NCBI GenBank assembly: GCA_902511735.1 | Contig: CABXGK010000001.1 | Span: 1 to 57,894 of the forward strand | Length of the DNA: 57,894 nucleotides | Direction of reading: 5' to 3' | Source of the DNA: an uncultured marine group I thaumarchaeote | Lineage (GTDB): Archaea > Thermoproteota > Nitrososphaeria > Nitrososphaerales > Nitrosopumilaceae | Shown here: positions 27,685 through 37,642 of the stretch, one piece after another | Layout: every line of letters starts with the position of its first letter | Position numbering within the stretch: position 1 is the first letter of the stretch | Notes under the pieces: generated by a model | Database searches by the model: none | The model's input: only the letters and a program-made list of their open reading frames with translations | Told to the model about the DNA's origin: nothing | Translations under genes and position numbers: made by a program

Positions 27685-29061
27685 TTAACTATTCATGTTT
27701 TTCATTTTTTGTTCTTTGATTTCATTTAGTTCGTCTTCAAAGAAGAATTTATCTTCAAATGCAGGTTTGAGGTCATCAAGCCAAATTGCATTTTCATCAT
27801 ATTTTGCAAAGAATGGACGGTTTACCCACTCTGGATTTCTTCCTTGTAGCATTCTGAAAACCATCACTTTGGTACCATTTACTTCTGCAACTCCATCAAT
27901 CTGTACTTTTCCGGGAGTAGCTGACATGGATGGGCCTCTAACGGTTCTTCCTAATCCACTTACTTTTTGAATTGCTTGTTGGAAAATTTCGTGAGCTTTT
28001 ACTAAAGATACTCCAAAGTAATGTTGTGCACCAGTGTCTCTTACAACAAACATGTAGTAAGGAATACAACCAAGCTCTACTTGCTTTTGCCACATCTCAG
28101 CCCACATATCTGCATCATCGTTAATGTTTGTGAGAAGAGGAGATTGTGTTCTAATTTGAGCACCTGTTTCTCTAATATTTTTAATTGCAAGTTTGACTGC
28201 ACCTGTTTTTAATTCTGTTAGATGATTGAAATGTGCCATGATTGCAAGATGAACGCCTTTTTTGTTAACTCGTCTAAATGTTTCAAGTGTTTCTTGATAA
28301 TCATTATCAGAGACAAATTTGTATGGCCAATAAGACAAAGCTTTTGTTCCTATTCGAATTGTTTTGAGATTTGGTAAATCTGCATCTAATAATTTATCAA
28401 TATACATGGAAAATATTTTTGCTGGCATAATCATTGGGTCTCCTCCAGTAAACAAAATGTCTGAAATTTCTGGATGCTCTCTTACATATTGCGCTAAATC
28501 ATCTCCTTCTTTCATTGCAAATTTCATTTCATCCATTCCAACGAATTGTGGCCATCTAAAACAAAAGCTACAGTATGCGTGACATGTTTGACCCTGACTT
28601 GGGAAAAAGAGAGTTGTTTCTTTGTATTTGTGCTGCATTCCATAAAGTTTGGTTCCATCTTTTAGAATTGGAACATTTAGTTCCATTTGACCTGCAGGGT
28701 GTGGATTTAATTCTAATCTAATTTTATTTGCCATATCTTTGATTTCTTGCCCAGATGGATTATTTCGTAAAACAGTGGCCATCATGTCATAATGTTCTGG
28801 TTTTAGCATGTGTTTTTGTGGAAATGTCAGATTAAACATCGAGTCACCTGGAACATTATTCCAATCAATCAATTGTTCTATGACGTAATTATTTGCTTTA
28901 AACGGTAAAACATGAGCAACTACCTCCATTTCAAAAATTTGCTCTTCTGAGAATTTTTCAATTTGTGGGATTTTTCTCAAATTTGATAATGTATAAGATT
29001 TGATCGCTGGGGAAGAATCAACAGTCCAAACAGATTCTTGTGGATTCGTTGTTTGAGCCAT
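27685..29061 (-). CDS. KamA-family radical SAM enzyme (lysine/glutamate 2,3-aminomutase-like)
   Basis: QHKYKET, CHAYCSFCFR, LFTGGDP, IRIGT, HFNH, QSPLL, PYYMF, PGKV. Confidence 0.88.
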   Translation of the reverse strand: MAQTTNPQESVWTVDSSPAIKSYTLSNLRKIPQIEKFSEEQIFEMEVVAHVLPFKANNYVIEQLIDWNNVPGDSMFNLTFPQKHMLKPEHYDMMATVLRNNPSGQEIKDMANKIRLELNPHPAGQMELNVPILKDGTKLYGMQHKYKETTLFFPSQGQTCHAYCSFCFRWPQFVGMDEMKFAMKEGDDLAQYVREHPEISDILFTGGDPMIMPAKIFSMYIDKLLDADLPNLKTIRIGTKALSYWPYKFVSDNDYQETLETFRRVNKKGVHLAIMAHFNHLTELKTGAVKLAIKNIRETGAQIRTQSPLLTNINDDADMWAEMWQKQVELGCIPYYMFVVRDTGAQHYFGVSLVKAHEIFQQAIQKVSGLGRTVRGPSMSATPGKVQIDGVAEVNGTKVMVFRMLQGRNPEWVNRPFFAKYDENAIWLDDLKPAFEDKFFFEDELNEIKEQKMKNMNS

Positions 29062-29218
29062 TTCATAATTACGATAAATCCTCTGTTAAACTTTAGGATC
29101 TGGCATACACGAAGAAATTGTGCCTGAAAATGCATATTTTGAAAAAAATTGACAGGTTTTTGAAAACTTGACGACAAATCTACTAACTTAAGTTTAGGAT
29201 TCTCAAAAAATATTAGAG

Positions 29219-30961
29219 ATGGCAGAAGAAATTAGCGAAATTTCAGTGGGTCAATTTGACACAGTATCACAATTGATCGCATCTTCAGTATCATTACAAC
29301 TAGCTGTAATTGGATTAATAATTGGAATTATTGTAATTAGCGTAGTATATAGAAAATTTTCATTTTGGATTAAAACAAAAAAATTCAATCATGTAAGACC
29401 ACATGTTGCAAGATTTGCAAGAAAAATAATTTTACCGTTTTTGGCAATTGCATTAATTTCATCTGTAAACATGTACATTCAAGTTTTTGAATTGTTTGAT
29501 GAAGAATCAGCGGCAATACAAATAGAAGGAGAGCTTGCACCAAGTGAAGTTTTTGCAAAGATGCTAAACACACTAAATATTTTGGTTATAGGATATACAA
29601 TTTCACAATTAGTTCCAATTGCACTAACAAAACGTGATAGCTCTGTTTTAGAACGTCAAGATTTTGAAGCTTGGAGAGAAATGAGAGGTTTTCCTGACGA
29701 TGAAGAGGATTTCTTTCATAAATTATACAAATGGATTCCACCAAAACAAAAACCAGATGATCTGACTGATGAAGAGTTTACTGCATATATGCAAACAGAA
29801 CAAGGAATTCAATATCTCGAAAGTTTTCGTACATCACAAGGCAATCCAATTGGAAGTTATGAGAAAAATGTTAAAAATCCATTTGAACAATGGAAAAAGT
29901 CTGAACGTAAAAAATATGAAAAGTACTTCAATTACTGTACAAGCGGAAATAATTCATCTGGAAGAAAGTTATTCCCAGGAGTAATTCCTGAGGAGATTTA
30001 TCCTATAGATATCTGGAGAGAACAAAAAAGAAATTCTGGTTTTGACCCTATTATTTCTGGAAATAAACCACCGGGACATTCAAGAAAACAAAAAGAAGGA
30101 GTTCCAAAATCAGCAAAGCAGGTTTTACCAATTCTCATTTTTGTTGGAGTGATAATTGGAGTAGTTTCTTGGTGGCAAGTTGATCTCATAGTTTTAGCTA
30201 CTGCGACAGGTGGACTTGCATTTGGTGTGGGATTAGCGCTAAAAGAAACGTTAGAAAATTACTTTTCTTACATTCTTATCAGAAAAGACAAAGTTGTCAA
30301 AGAAGGAGACAGAATACAATTACAAAGTGGATATAATGGATATGTACATAAAATTACACCAAGAGTAACATACATTCGCCATGGATTAAATGAATCAGTT
30401 GCAATAATTCCTACTAGACAATTAGTTAGTGCTGAAATAATTAATTACACTAAAGAGATCAAACTTGTTCCTGCTGTTGTAAATGTCGGTGTATCATATT
30501 TGAATAATCCTAGACAAGTAACATCAATTTTAGTTAAAGTTGGGAAACGTGCTATGATAGAGGCTAGAGATGCAAAAGGAAGACATCTTGTAAGACAAAA
30601 TAGATGTCCATATCTTGAAGAAAACAAACCTAGTTGTGGATGTGATAAAGACATTCACGTAGATGTAACACAACCAGTTGTACGATTTGACAAATTCAAT
30701 GATTCAGCTTTGGACTTTTCAATGTGGGTTTACGTTAGAGATTATGGTGCGCAATTCAAAACAAAAAGTGACATGCGTCTAATAATGTATGAAGAGTTCA
30801 AAAAATATGATATTAGAATCCCATGGCCAATACGTACAGTTTACCAAGGTGATGAAAAACGTGAAGAACAAGAGATTAATCAATTAGATTCCAAGCGTAA
30901 TGAAGTAATGGACGAGTATGGATTAGGAGATTTGGGTCGTGGTGAGGCAGGAGATGAATAG
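29219..30961 (+). CDS. mscS: Small-conductance mechanosensitive channel (MscS family) with large insertions
   Basis: GLAFGVGLALKETLENYF, KEGDRI, GYVHKI, IINYT, VGVSY, IRIPWP. Confidence 0.85.
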   Translation: MAEEISEISVGQFDTVSQLIASSVSLQLAVIGLIIGIIVISVVYRKFSFWIKTKKFNHVRPHVARFARKIILPFLAIALISSVNMYIQVFELFDEESAAIQIEGELAPSEVFAKMLNTLNILVIGYTISQLVPIALTKRDSSVLERQDFEAWREMRGFPDDEEDFFHKLYKWIPPKQKPDDLTDEEFTAYMQTEQGIQYLESFRTSQGNPIGSYEKNVKNPFEQWKKSERKKYEKYFNYCTSGNNSSGRKLFPGVIPEEIYPIDIWREQKRNSGFDPIISGNKPPGHSRKQKEGVPKSAKQVLPILIFVGVIIGVVSWWQVDLIVLATATGGLAFGVGLALKETLENYFSYILIRKDKVVKEGDRIQLQSGYNGYVHKITPRVTYIRHGLNESVAIIPTRQLVSAEIINYTKEIKLVPAVVNVGVSYLNNPRQVTSILVKVGKRAMIEARDAKGRHLVRQNRCPYLEENKPSCGCDKDIHVDVTQPVVRFDKFNDSALDFSMWVYVRDYGAQFKTKSDMRLIMYEEFKKYDIRIPWPIRTVYQGDEKREEQEINQLDSKRNEVMDEYGLGDLGRGEAGDE

Positions 30962-30994
30962 TAATGATTAATTTGTTTGAGAAAATCAGAACGC

Positions 30995-31609
30995 ATGTTG
31001 AAAGACAGTATTAAATTCATTTTAAAAAATTCAATAATTTTTGCTTTAGTTTCATTGGGATTTTCAATTATTGGAGCTTTATTTCCTGAAAGTGAATTTA
31101 CTTTTGTTATAGGAAATCCACTTGTCGTTAGTGGTGTTACATACGAGCATGTACTTGGACATGTTTTTTGGGGAGCAGTTATTGGATTAGGAACATTAAG
31201 TATTAGATACATCATACTTGGTGGGAGTTTTGCAATCTTCTTAGATGCAGATCATTTGTTACAATTTTTAGATATAGAGTTAGTCTCAAGAATGAGTCAT
31301 TCAATTCCATTTGCAGTTATTGTATCGGTAGTATTTTTTGTAATTCTACGAGGAAAAGACATTAGAATATGTGCTGTTGCGTTTGGCGCGGTTTTATCAC
31401 ACATTGCATTTGATATTTTCTTAGCAGATGTTGCATTTAATTCAGATACAAAATTTCCATTATTTTCACCATTTACGTTTGAAACAGTATCATTTCAGGG
31501 ATTAGATTGGCTCGGAATACAGATTATAGGAGTAACAATAGTTGCAGTTGCAAGCTATTTTTACAAAAGAAAAGAGATTGGACTGAAAAACAATCTTACG
31601 AAAACTTAA
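30995..31609 (+). CDS. Membrane-bound metal-dependent hydrolase-like protein
   Basis: HVLGH, LDADH, RMSHS, SHIAFD, PLFSPF in a polytopic protein. Confidence 0.7.
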   Translation: MLKDSIKFILKNSIIFALVSLGFSIIGALFPESEFTFVIGNPLVVSGVTYEHVLGHVFWGAVIGLGTLSIRYIILGGSFAIFLDADHLLQFLDIELVSRMSHSIPFAVIVSVVFFVILRGKDIRICAVAFGAVLSHIAFDIFLADVAFNSDTKFPLFSPFTFETVSFQGLDWLGIQIIGVTIVAVASYFYKRKEIGLKNNLTKT

Positions 31610-31634
31610 GAATCCGTTTTGATTCGTTGAATTA

Positions 31635-32510
31635 ATGGCAAAATTTACAATAGTTGGTGGAGATGCATCTTCAGATCTGGCTAAAAGAATTGCTAAAAAA
31701 CTAAAATCACCTTATATCAAAACTGAAAAGAAAGTATTCCCAGATGGAGAAAGTAAAATAACAATTAAGCAAATTCCAAAAAAAAGTATTGTAATAGTTG
31801 TTCAATCAACTTATCCGCCTGTTGATTCAAACCTTTTAGAATTATTGAGTATTGTTTCAAAAGTACAAAAATTTTCATCAAAAGTATATGCAGTAATTCC
31901 TTACATGGGATATGCACGACAAGATAGAGAATTTCTTGGAGGAGAAATAGTTACTATTGGGGTGATTGGAAAGTTACTCAAATCAGCCGGTGTAAAAAAA
32001 GTTCTAACAGTAGATATCCATAGTAAATTAGCACTAAAAGAATTAAAAATTTCATCAGAAAATATTTCGGCAATGGAAGTTCTAGTCAAACATTTTAAGA
32101 AAATGAAGATGAAAGATCCCTTGGTTGTGTCTCCAGATTTAGGAGGTAAAGAAAGAGCAGAAAAATTTGCAAAGCTTTTGAAAACAGAATTTATTGCACT
32201 AAAAAAACATAGAGACAGGAAAACCGGTAAGGTAAACATTCTTTCTGGAAAAGTTAACGTACAAAATAGAGATTTAATTCTGGTAGACGATATGATCAGT
32301 ACTGGCGGAAGTATTGTTAAAGCAACTCAATTTTTAAAGAAACAAAAATGTAAACGTGTTTTTGTTGCATGTACTCATGCATTATTAGTCAATGAAGCTG
32401 CAAAAAAGATCAAAAATGCTGGTGTTTCTCAAATAATTAGCACAAATACCATACCTGGCGAATCTGCCAAAGTGGATGTATCAAAGGTTATTTCTGATGC
32501 ATTGAGATGA
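31635..32510 (+). CDS. prs: Ribose-phosphate pyrophosphokinase
   Basis: FPDGE, PYMGYARQD, VSPDLGG, VDDMISTGGS. Confidence 0.95.
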   Translation: MAKFTIVGGDASSDLAKRIAKKLKSPYIKTEKKVFPDGESKITIKQIPKKSIVIVVQSTYPPVDSNLLELLSIVSKVQKFSSKVYAVIPYMGYARQDREFLGGEIVTIGVIGKLLKSAGVKKVLTVDIHSKLALKELKISSENISAMEVLVKHFKKMKMKDPLVVSPDLGGKERAEKFAKLLKTEFIALKKHRDRKTGKVNILSGKVNVQNRDLILVDDMISTGGSIVKATQFLKKQKCKRVFVACTHALLVNEAAKKIKNAGVSQIISTNTIPGESAKVDVSKVISDALR

Positions 32511-32520
32511 AAATAATATT

Positions 32521-33417
32521 ATGAAAATAGTTTATCTTGGAACATCTGCTGCTGCTCCAACGCCGGAACGCTCTCTAACATGCATTTGCCTTGTTCGTGA
32601 AAACGAGGTTTTGATGTTTGATGCAGGAGAAGGAGCACAAGTTGCATATCTGAAAGCAGGGTTACCATGGAATAAAAAGATGAAACTATTTGTTACTCAT
32701 CTTCACGGTGATCATTGTTTAGGCATTTTAGGTATTTTACAAACAATGTCATTACAAAAAAGAACAGAAGGAGTTGAGATTTATGGACCTGCAGGAATCG
32801 AAGAATTCATTACAGCAAATATCAAAGTATTGAATTTTGGATTACCATTTCCTGTTTTCATTACAATTGTCAATGAAGGTAGTGTTGTAAAAGCAAAAGA
32901 TTATGAAATAAATTGTTGTGAAGCACAACATGGAATTCCTGCTTATTCATATTGTTTTGAAGAAAATGAAAGAGCTGGGGTGTTTTACCCAGAAAAAGCA
33001 AAGGAATTAGGAATACCGGAAGGTAAATTGTGGCAAGAATTACAAAATGGAAATTCCATAAATGTTGATGGAAGAAATATTGATTCATCACAAGTTACAG
33101 GAGAGAAAAGACCGGGTAAAAAAATCGGTATTTCAGGAGATACACGTCCTACTGAAAAATTACAAAACTTTTTCAAAAATAGTGATTATTTGAGTTTTGA
33201 TTGTACATTTGCATATGAACTAAAAGATAGAGCAATTGAAACTAATCATTCGACTGCAAAAGAGGCAGCAGAATTAGCAAAAAATGCAAATGTAAAAAAT
33301 CTCATTTTAACTCATTTTTCAGCAAGATATAGTGATGACTCTGTTTTAGTTAATGAAGCAAAACAGACACACGAATCAGTTATAGCTGCAAAAGATCTAC
33401 TTGAAATCGATGTTTAG
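32521..33417 (+). CDS. rnz: Ribonuclease Z
   Basis: LGTSAAAPT, FDAGEG, THLHGDH, exosite GIPEG, SGDT, HSTA, LTHFSARY. Confidence 0.95.
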   Translation: MKIVYLGTSAAAPTPERSLTCICLVRENEVLMFDAGEGAQVAYLKAGLPWNKKMKLFVTHLHGDHCLGILGILQTMSLQKRTEGVEIYGPAGIEEFITANIKVLNFGLPFPVFITIVNEGSVVKAKDYEINCCEAQHGIPAYSYCFEENERAGVFYPEKAKELGIPEGKLWQELQNGNSINVDGRNIDSSQVTGEKRPGKKIGISGDTRPTEKLQNFFKNSDYLSFDCTFAYELKDRAIETNHSTAKEAAELAKNANVKNLILTHFSARYSDDSVLVNEAKQTHESVIAAKDLLEIDV

Positions 33418-33418
33418 A

Positions 33419-33706
33419 TTACTCATCAAATTTTAGTAAATCAATTTCAGGAAGTTCTGTTTCATCAATGGTGTTTTCAACTTGACCTGCAACATCAACT
33501 ACTGTATCTCCAGCCTTTAATCCAACATCATACAATGTATCACCTACTTGACTTGTATGTTGATTGTATTCCTTAATGTTAGTAGCATCTGCAACTAATG
33601 CATCAAGAATCATTGTACCAGCAGGAAATTGGCTTACTGTTTCAGGTAAGAATAAGATTCCACCAGCTACCAATACTGCACCAATTATTGCTAATTGTAT
33701 CTTCAT
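33419..33706 (-). CDS. Small hypothetical protein with N-terminal TM/signal
   Basis: Hydrophobic N-terminus and acidic C-terminus. Confidence 0.55.
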   Translation of the reverse strand: MKIQLAIIGAVLVAGGILFLPETVSQFPAGTMILDALVADATNIKEYNQHTSQVGDTLYDVGLKAGDTVVDVAGQVENTIDETELPEIDLLKFDE

Positions 33707-33775
33707 GACAAATACTGTAAAAATCGATTTTTCATAACTGAGCTAAAAAAAAGCTCTCAAAATGGATAGAAATAG

Positions 33776-34171
33776 CTAGTTTGTGACAGAATCAATTACT
33801 TGTTCTATGTTATTTGAGCGTAAAATTATCTTAATTGGGCCTAAAGATGATTCATTTGCTTCACTACATAGTGCCACGGTATTTACAAATGCAGCTTGTT
33901 TATTGAGATAAAACCATGTGGATTCTCCATCATTGTTTTTTTTAAGAATGCGTTGATAGGTATTTTTGACATTTTTTTCATGGATTGATTTTGAAATTTG
34001 AGATAAAACTGAAAAATTATTTGTTTTCCCACTAATTTCTGTATCAGATGTTTCTAATTCTACATCAGGAAAAATATTATTCACTGCTGTTTTTACTTTA
34101 TCAGGATCTTCAGAAGGATTAATTGAACAAAAGATTTGGATCGTTGTTTTTTGATTCATTATTCTATCCAC
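33776..34171 (-). CDS. UPF0201/DUF54 putative RNA-binding protein
   Basis: INPSEDPDKV...NIFP, LNKQAAFV, SLGPI. Confidence 0.82.
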   Translation of the reverse strand: MDRIMNQKTTIQIFCSINPSEDPDKVKTAVNNIFPDVELETSDTEISGKTNNFSVLSQISKSIHEKNVKNTYQRILKKNNDGESTWFYLNKQAAFVNTVALCSEANESSLGPIKIILRSNNIEQVIDSVTN

Positions 34172-34707
34172 TTTTGGAAAATTTTGATTGCATCAGATAC
34201 CATTTCATCAATTGTTACATTGTTATTTTCTATGGATTCATCGGCAAGACCAATGATTTCTTCTAATCCAATACCAATTTCTCGATTATCACGTTCTTGA
34301 AATTTTTCTCTTGTTAGTGGATCATCAGATCTCTTACGTTCACTTAAAAAGTTGAATCTAGTGTCTGATGACGCATGTACTGCTAAGAGTTTTACATTTC
34401 CAGTCTCTTTTAGAACATTAATTTCATGGATTGAACGTATACCATCGATAATTATTATTTCATGAGTTGAGTTTTGAATTGGTTCTTTAATTAATTCGGC
34501 AACTGCACCAGGGCCATTTTTTTCACGTAATTCTAACATTAGTTTTCCTAAATTTTCTCCAGTAGGTTCTAAATTCTGTCTTTTAGCTTCGGCTCTAACA
34601 CCATCACCAAGACTAAAAGTTTCATATCCTTCTTCTTTTAATTTTGAAACAATCGTTGATTTTCCAGCACCAGGCATACCAGTTAGACATACAACTAATT
34701 TTGACAC
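34159..34707 (-). CDS. UPF0200 P-loop nucleotide kinase (dephospho-CoA-kinase/NMP-kinase-like)
   Basis: TGMPGAGKS, LGDGVR, IDGIRS, RSDDP, RDNRE. Confidence 0.82.
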   Translation of the reverse strand: MSKLVVCLTGMPGAGKSTIVSKLKEEGYETFSLGDGVRAEAKRQNLEPTGENLGKLMLELREKNGPGAVAELIKEPIQNSTHEIIIIDGIRSIHEINVLKETGNVKLLAVHASSDTRFNFLSERKRSDDPLTREKFQERDNREIGIGLEEIIGLADESIENNNVTIDEMVSDAIKIFQKWIE

Positions 34708-34771
34708 AGATTATTTTTGAATGACTAGTCTATGAAGGTAGCGATAAATAATTACTAATATTTTATTTTTT

Positions 34772-35311
34772 ATGAGAACATTTGTTGCAGTAGAAATTTC
34801 TAAAAGAGAAATTTTGAAGAAAATTCAAACATTTCAAGAAAAAATAAAGATTGATGCAAAAGCTACTAGAGTTGATCAGATTCATTTTACATTACAGTTC
34901 TTAGGTGAAATTGATGAAGAAAAATGTGAACAAGTAAAAGATGTTTTGAATGAAATAGATTTTTCAGGATTTAAAATATCATTGAAAGGTATGGGTGGAT
35001 TTCCAAATTTCAAAAATCCAAGGGTGGTTTGGGTTGGAATTGAAAAAAATGGTGCAGAAAAACTTACAGAATTAGCAAAAGAAATAGGAACAAAATTAAC
35101 CACATTAGGTTTTGAAAAAGAGAAAAAATTCAAACCTCACTTGACAATTTTTAGAATAAGAAAGAAAATTGGCGATATTTCAGCAATTATGAAAGATTTT
35201 GAGGCTGAAGAGTTTGGTACGGAGACAATATCAAAAATTAAATTAAAAAAAAGTGTTTTAAGCCCAAAGGGACCAGAATATTCAGATTTACTGGAGGTTA
35301 ATGCAAAATGA
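34772..35311 (+). CDS. thpR: RNA 2',3'-cyclic phosphodiesterase (2H family)
   Basis: MRTFVA, HFTLQFLG, PRVVWVG, PHLTIFR. Confidence 0.92.
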   Translation: MRTFVAVEISKREILKKIQTFQEKIKIDAKATRVDQIHFTLQFLGEIDEEKCEQVKDVLNEIDFSGFKISLKGMGGFPNFKNPRVVWVGIEKNGAEKLTELAKEIGTKLTTLGFEKEKKFKPHLTIFRIRKKIGDISAIMKDFEAEEFGTETISKIKLKKSVLSPKGPEYSDLLEVNAK

Positions 35312-36648
35312 AAAGTGATGTTATAAAAAAATCAAAACAAATAGCAATTCCAAATAATACTCAACGAAAAAAAATAGATAAAATTGCAAACCAAGTTTTT
35401 AGTTTAGTAAATAGAGAAGCTGAAAAACAAAAAGCAGTTGTATCTGTACATTTTGGTGGTTCTTATGCAAAAGAAACTTGGACCCCAGAAAAACTTGACA
35501 TAGATATTTTTGTCAAGTTTAAAAAAACAACATCTGAGAAAAATTTTGAAACTATAGGTAAAAAAATTGGATTTGATTCTTTAAAAAAATTCAAACCGTA
35601 TGTAAGATATTCTGAACACCCATTTGTTGAAGCTGATATTAATGGTGTTGGAGTAAATGTTGTACCATGTTACGATATTAAAAAAGGAGAATGGAAAAGT
35701 GCAGCAGATAGATCAACATTTCATACAGAGTTTATGAGCGAAAAATTAACGGGTTCGATGAAAGATGATGTTAGAATTTTGAAATGTTTTTTGAAAATTA
35801 ATGGAATGTATGGTGCAGAAATTGCAAAGCAAGGATTTAGCGGATATGTTTGTGAAGTCCTAGTCTATTATTTGGGAAGTTTTGAAAATGTACTAAAAAA
35901 GATGTCAAAATTGAAAAATAATGAGATGATAGGCGAATCTCCTAGGAAATTTGAATCACCTTTAGTCATTATTGACCCAATAGACAGGAACAGAAACCTT
36001 GGTGCTGCAATATCAATTCAAAATGTTACAAATTTTATTTTAATTGCTAGAAATTTCTTAAAGAAAAGTTCTATCTCTTACTTTAAAGAAAAATCAAAGG
36101 ATAGAATTCCTGTAGAATTGGCAAAAAATACATTGGTTGTAAATTTCAAATACAAAAAAAGAAGTGACGATATAATTTATGGACAGATAAAAAGAGCCGC
36201 AAGCTCTATTGAATCTCAAATGATTAAAGAGGGATTTAATGTACTAAGAAGTGATGCTGTTGCATTTGATGAAACTAAAGCTAGTTTGTTATTCCTGTTA
36301 GAATCATTAACTATTTCAAAAAATGAAATTAGAAGTGGACCATATGTATTTTCTAGTGATTTTTCAACAAAATTCATTCAGGTAAATTCTAAAAAATCTA
36401 AATTAATGTGGGCAGATAACGAAGGAAAGTTACAAACATTACAAACTAGAAGATATGAAAATGCAAAAACATACCTAACTGATTTAATAAAAAATCACCT
36501 TGGTGAATCTGGAATCCCAAAAGGATTGAGAGCAGATTTCAAAACTGGGTTTAAAATTAACAATGGAAAAGATAAACAAAACAAATCCGTTAAAAAGAGC
36601 ATTTCAAAACTGATAACTACAGATGACACAACGTTTTCAGCCAATTAG
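35308..36648 (+). CDS. cca: CCA-adding enzyme (class I, archaeal)
   Basis: GSYAKETW, DIDIF, YSEHPF, SAADRS, GFSGY, IDPIDRNRN. Confidence 0.94.
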   Translation: MKSDVIKKSKQIAIPNNTQRKKIDKIANQVFSLVNREAEKQKAVVSVHFGGSYAKETWTPEKLDIDIFVKFKKTTSEKNFETIGKKIGFDSLKKFKPYVRYSEHPFVEADINGVGVNVVPCYDIKKGEWKSAADRSTFHTEFMSEKLTGSMKDDVRILKCFLKINGMYGAEIAKQGFSGYVCEVLVYYLGSFENVLKKMSKLKNNEMIGESPRKFESPLVIIDPIDRNRNLGAAISIQNVTNFILIARNFLKKSSISYFKEKSKDRIPVELAKNTLVVNFKYKKRSDDIIYGQIKRAASSIESQMIKEGFNVLRSDAVAFDETKASLLFLLESLTISKNEIRSGPYVFSSDFSTKFIQVNSKKSKLMWADNEGKLQTLQTRRYENAKTYLTDLIKNHLGESGIPKGLRADFKTGFKINNGKDKQNKSVKKSISKLITTDDTTFSAN

Positions 36649-37405
36649 TGCATTCAAAAAAGAACCTTACAAGAAAATTCTTTGTTTCCCAAAAATAAAA
36701 GAATCGGAAATTGAAAAACGTCTAAAAGAATTAAAAAAATTAGGAATCACTCATGTTTCATTTACAGGACCATTACAAATTGAAAAATGTCACATACTTG
36801 GAAAAGGTTATGTGGGTATGGTTGTTCTTGCAAAAAAAAATAACAAGATTTTAGCATTAAAAATTAGAAGAACTGATTCACCAAGAAAAAATATGACAAA
36901 CGAAGCTAAATTACTTAAAATTGCAAACAAATTAGATGTTGGTCCAAAATTTATTAAAAATTCAAAAAATTTTTTGATTATGGAATACATTGAAGGCGAA
37001 AAAATTATTGATTGGGTACAGAAATCTCAAACTAAAGCAAAAGAGATACGTAATGTTGTAAATAATGTATTAAGAGAATGTTATGTTTTAGATGATGCAG
37101 GATTGGATCATGGAGAACTAAGCACAATAGACAAACATGTAATAGTTAATAAAAAAAGAAATACAATAATTGATTTTGAGAGCTCAAGCATTAACAGAAA
37201 ACCATCAAATGTTACAGGAGCCACACAAGCAATTTTCATAGGCACAGGACTAGCAAAAATTATTCAGAAAAAGATCAAAATCCCAACAAAGAAGAAAATT
37301 ATTGAATTAATCAGAACGTACAAAAAAGACCCAACATTAGAAAATTTTGAAAATCTCACAGGTGGTTTAAGATTAGAAACTGTTTCAAAAAACAAAAAAA
37401 AATAA
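36623..37405 (+). CDS. RIO-like atypical Ser/Thr protein kinase
   Basis: LGKGYVGMV, ALKIRR, MEYIEG, DHGEL, IIDFE. Confidence 0.82.
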   Translation: MTQRFQPISAFKKEPYKKILCFPKIKESEIEKRLKELKKLGITHVSFTGPLQIEKCHILGKGYVGMVVLAKKNNKILALKIRRTDSPRKNMTNEAKLLKIANKLDVGPKFIKNSKNFLIMEYIEGEKIIDWVQKSQTKAKEIRNVVNNVLRECYVLDDAGLDHGELSTIDKHVIVNKKRNTIIDFESSSINRKPSNVTGATQAIFIGTGLAKIIQKKIKIPTKKKIIELIRTYKKDPTLENFENLTGGLRLETVSKNKKK

Positions 37406-37408
37406 ATC

Positions 37409-37642
37409 GTGGTTCAAATTAGGTCCTATATGGGAACATGTTCAATTTGCAAAAAAGTGTCTGCGACTGATGGTGATCACCTACATTGCGTTGAAAAAAG
37501 ACGAATTGAATTAGAAAATTTACAACTAAAAGATACAATTACAGAAAAATTAGATTTACAAAAAGACTCAAACAACATGGGAAAAGAAATCAAAGCTCTA
37601 CTAGGACATATGAATAGAGAAAAAGAGACTAAATCCGAATAA
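37409..37642 (+). CDS. Small hypothetical protein with C2HC motif
   Basis: CSIC...HLHC; alternative ATG at 37430. Confidence 0.55.
   Translation: MVQIRSYMGTCSICKKVSATDGDHLHCVEKRRIELENLQLKDTITEKLDLQKDSNNMGKEIKALLGHMNREKETKSE

Noticed and set aside
29062-29218. TTTAGGAT x2 and TTGAC x2 in the kamA-like/mscS intergenic region
   Set aside because: Short words in AT-rich DNA that cannot be distinguished from chance.
32521-37405. rnz / UPF0201 / UPF0200 / thpR / cca / kinase cluster as a novel RNA-repair system
   Set aside because: These are ordinary archaeal housekeeping genes commonly found together.
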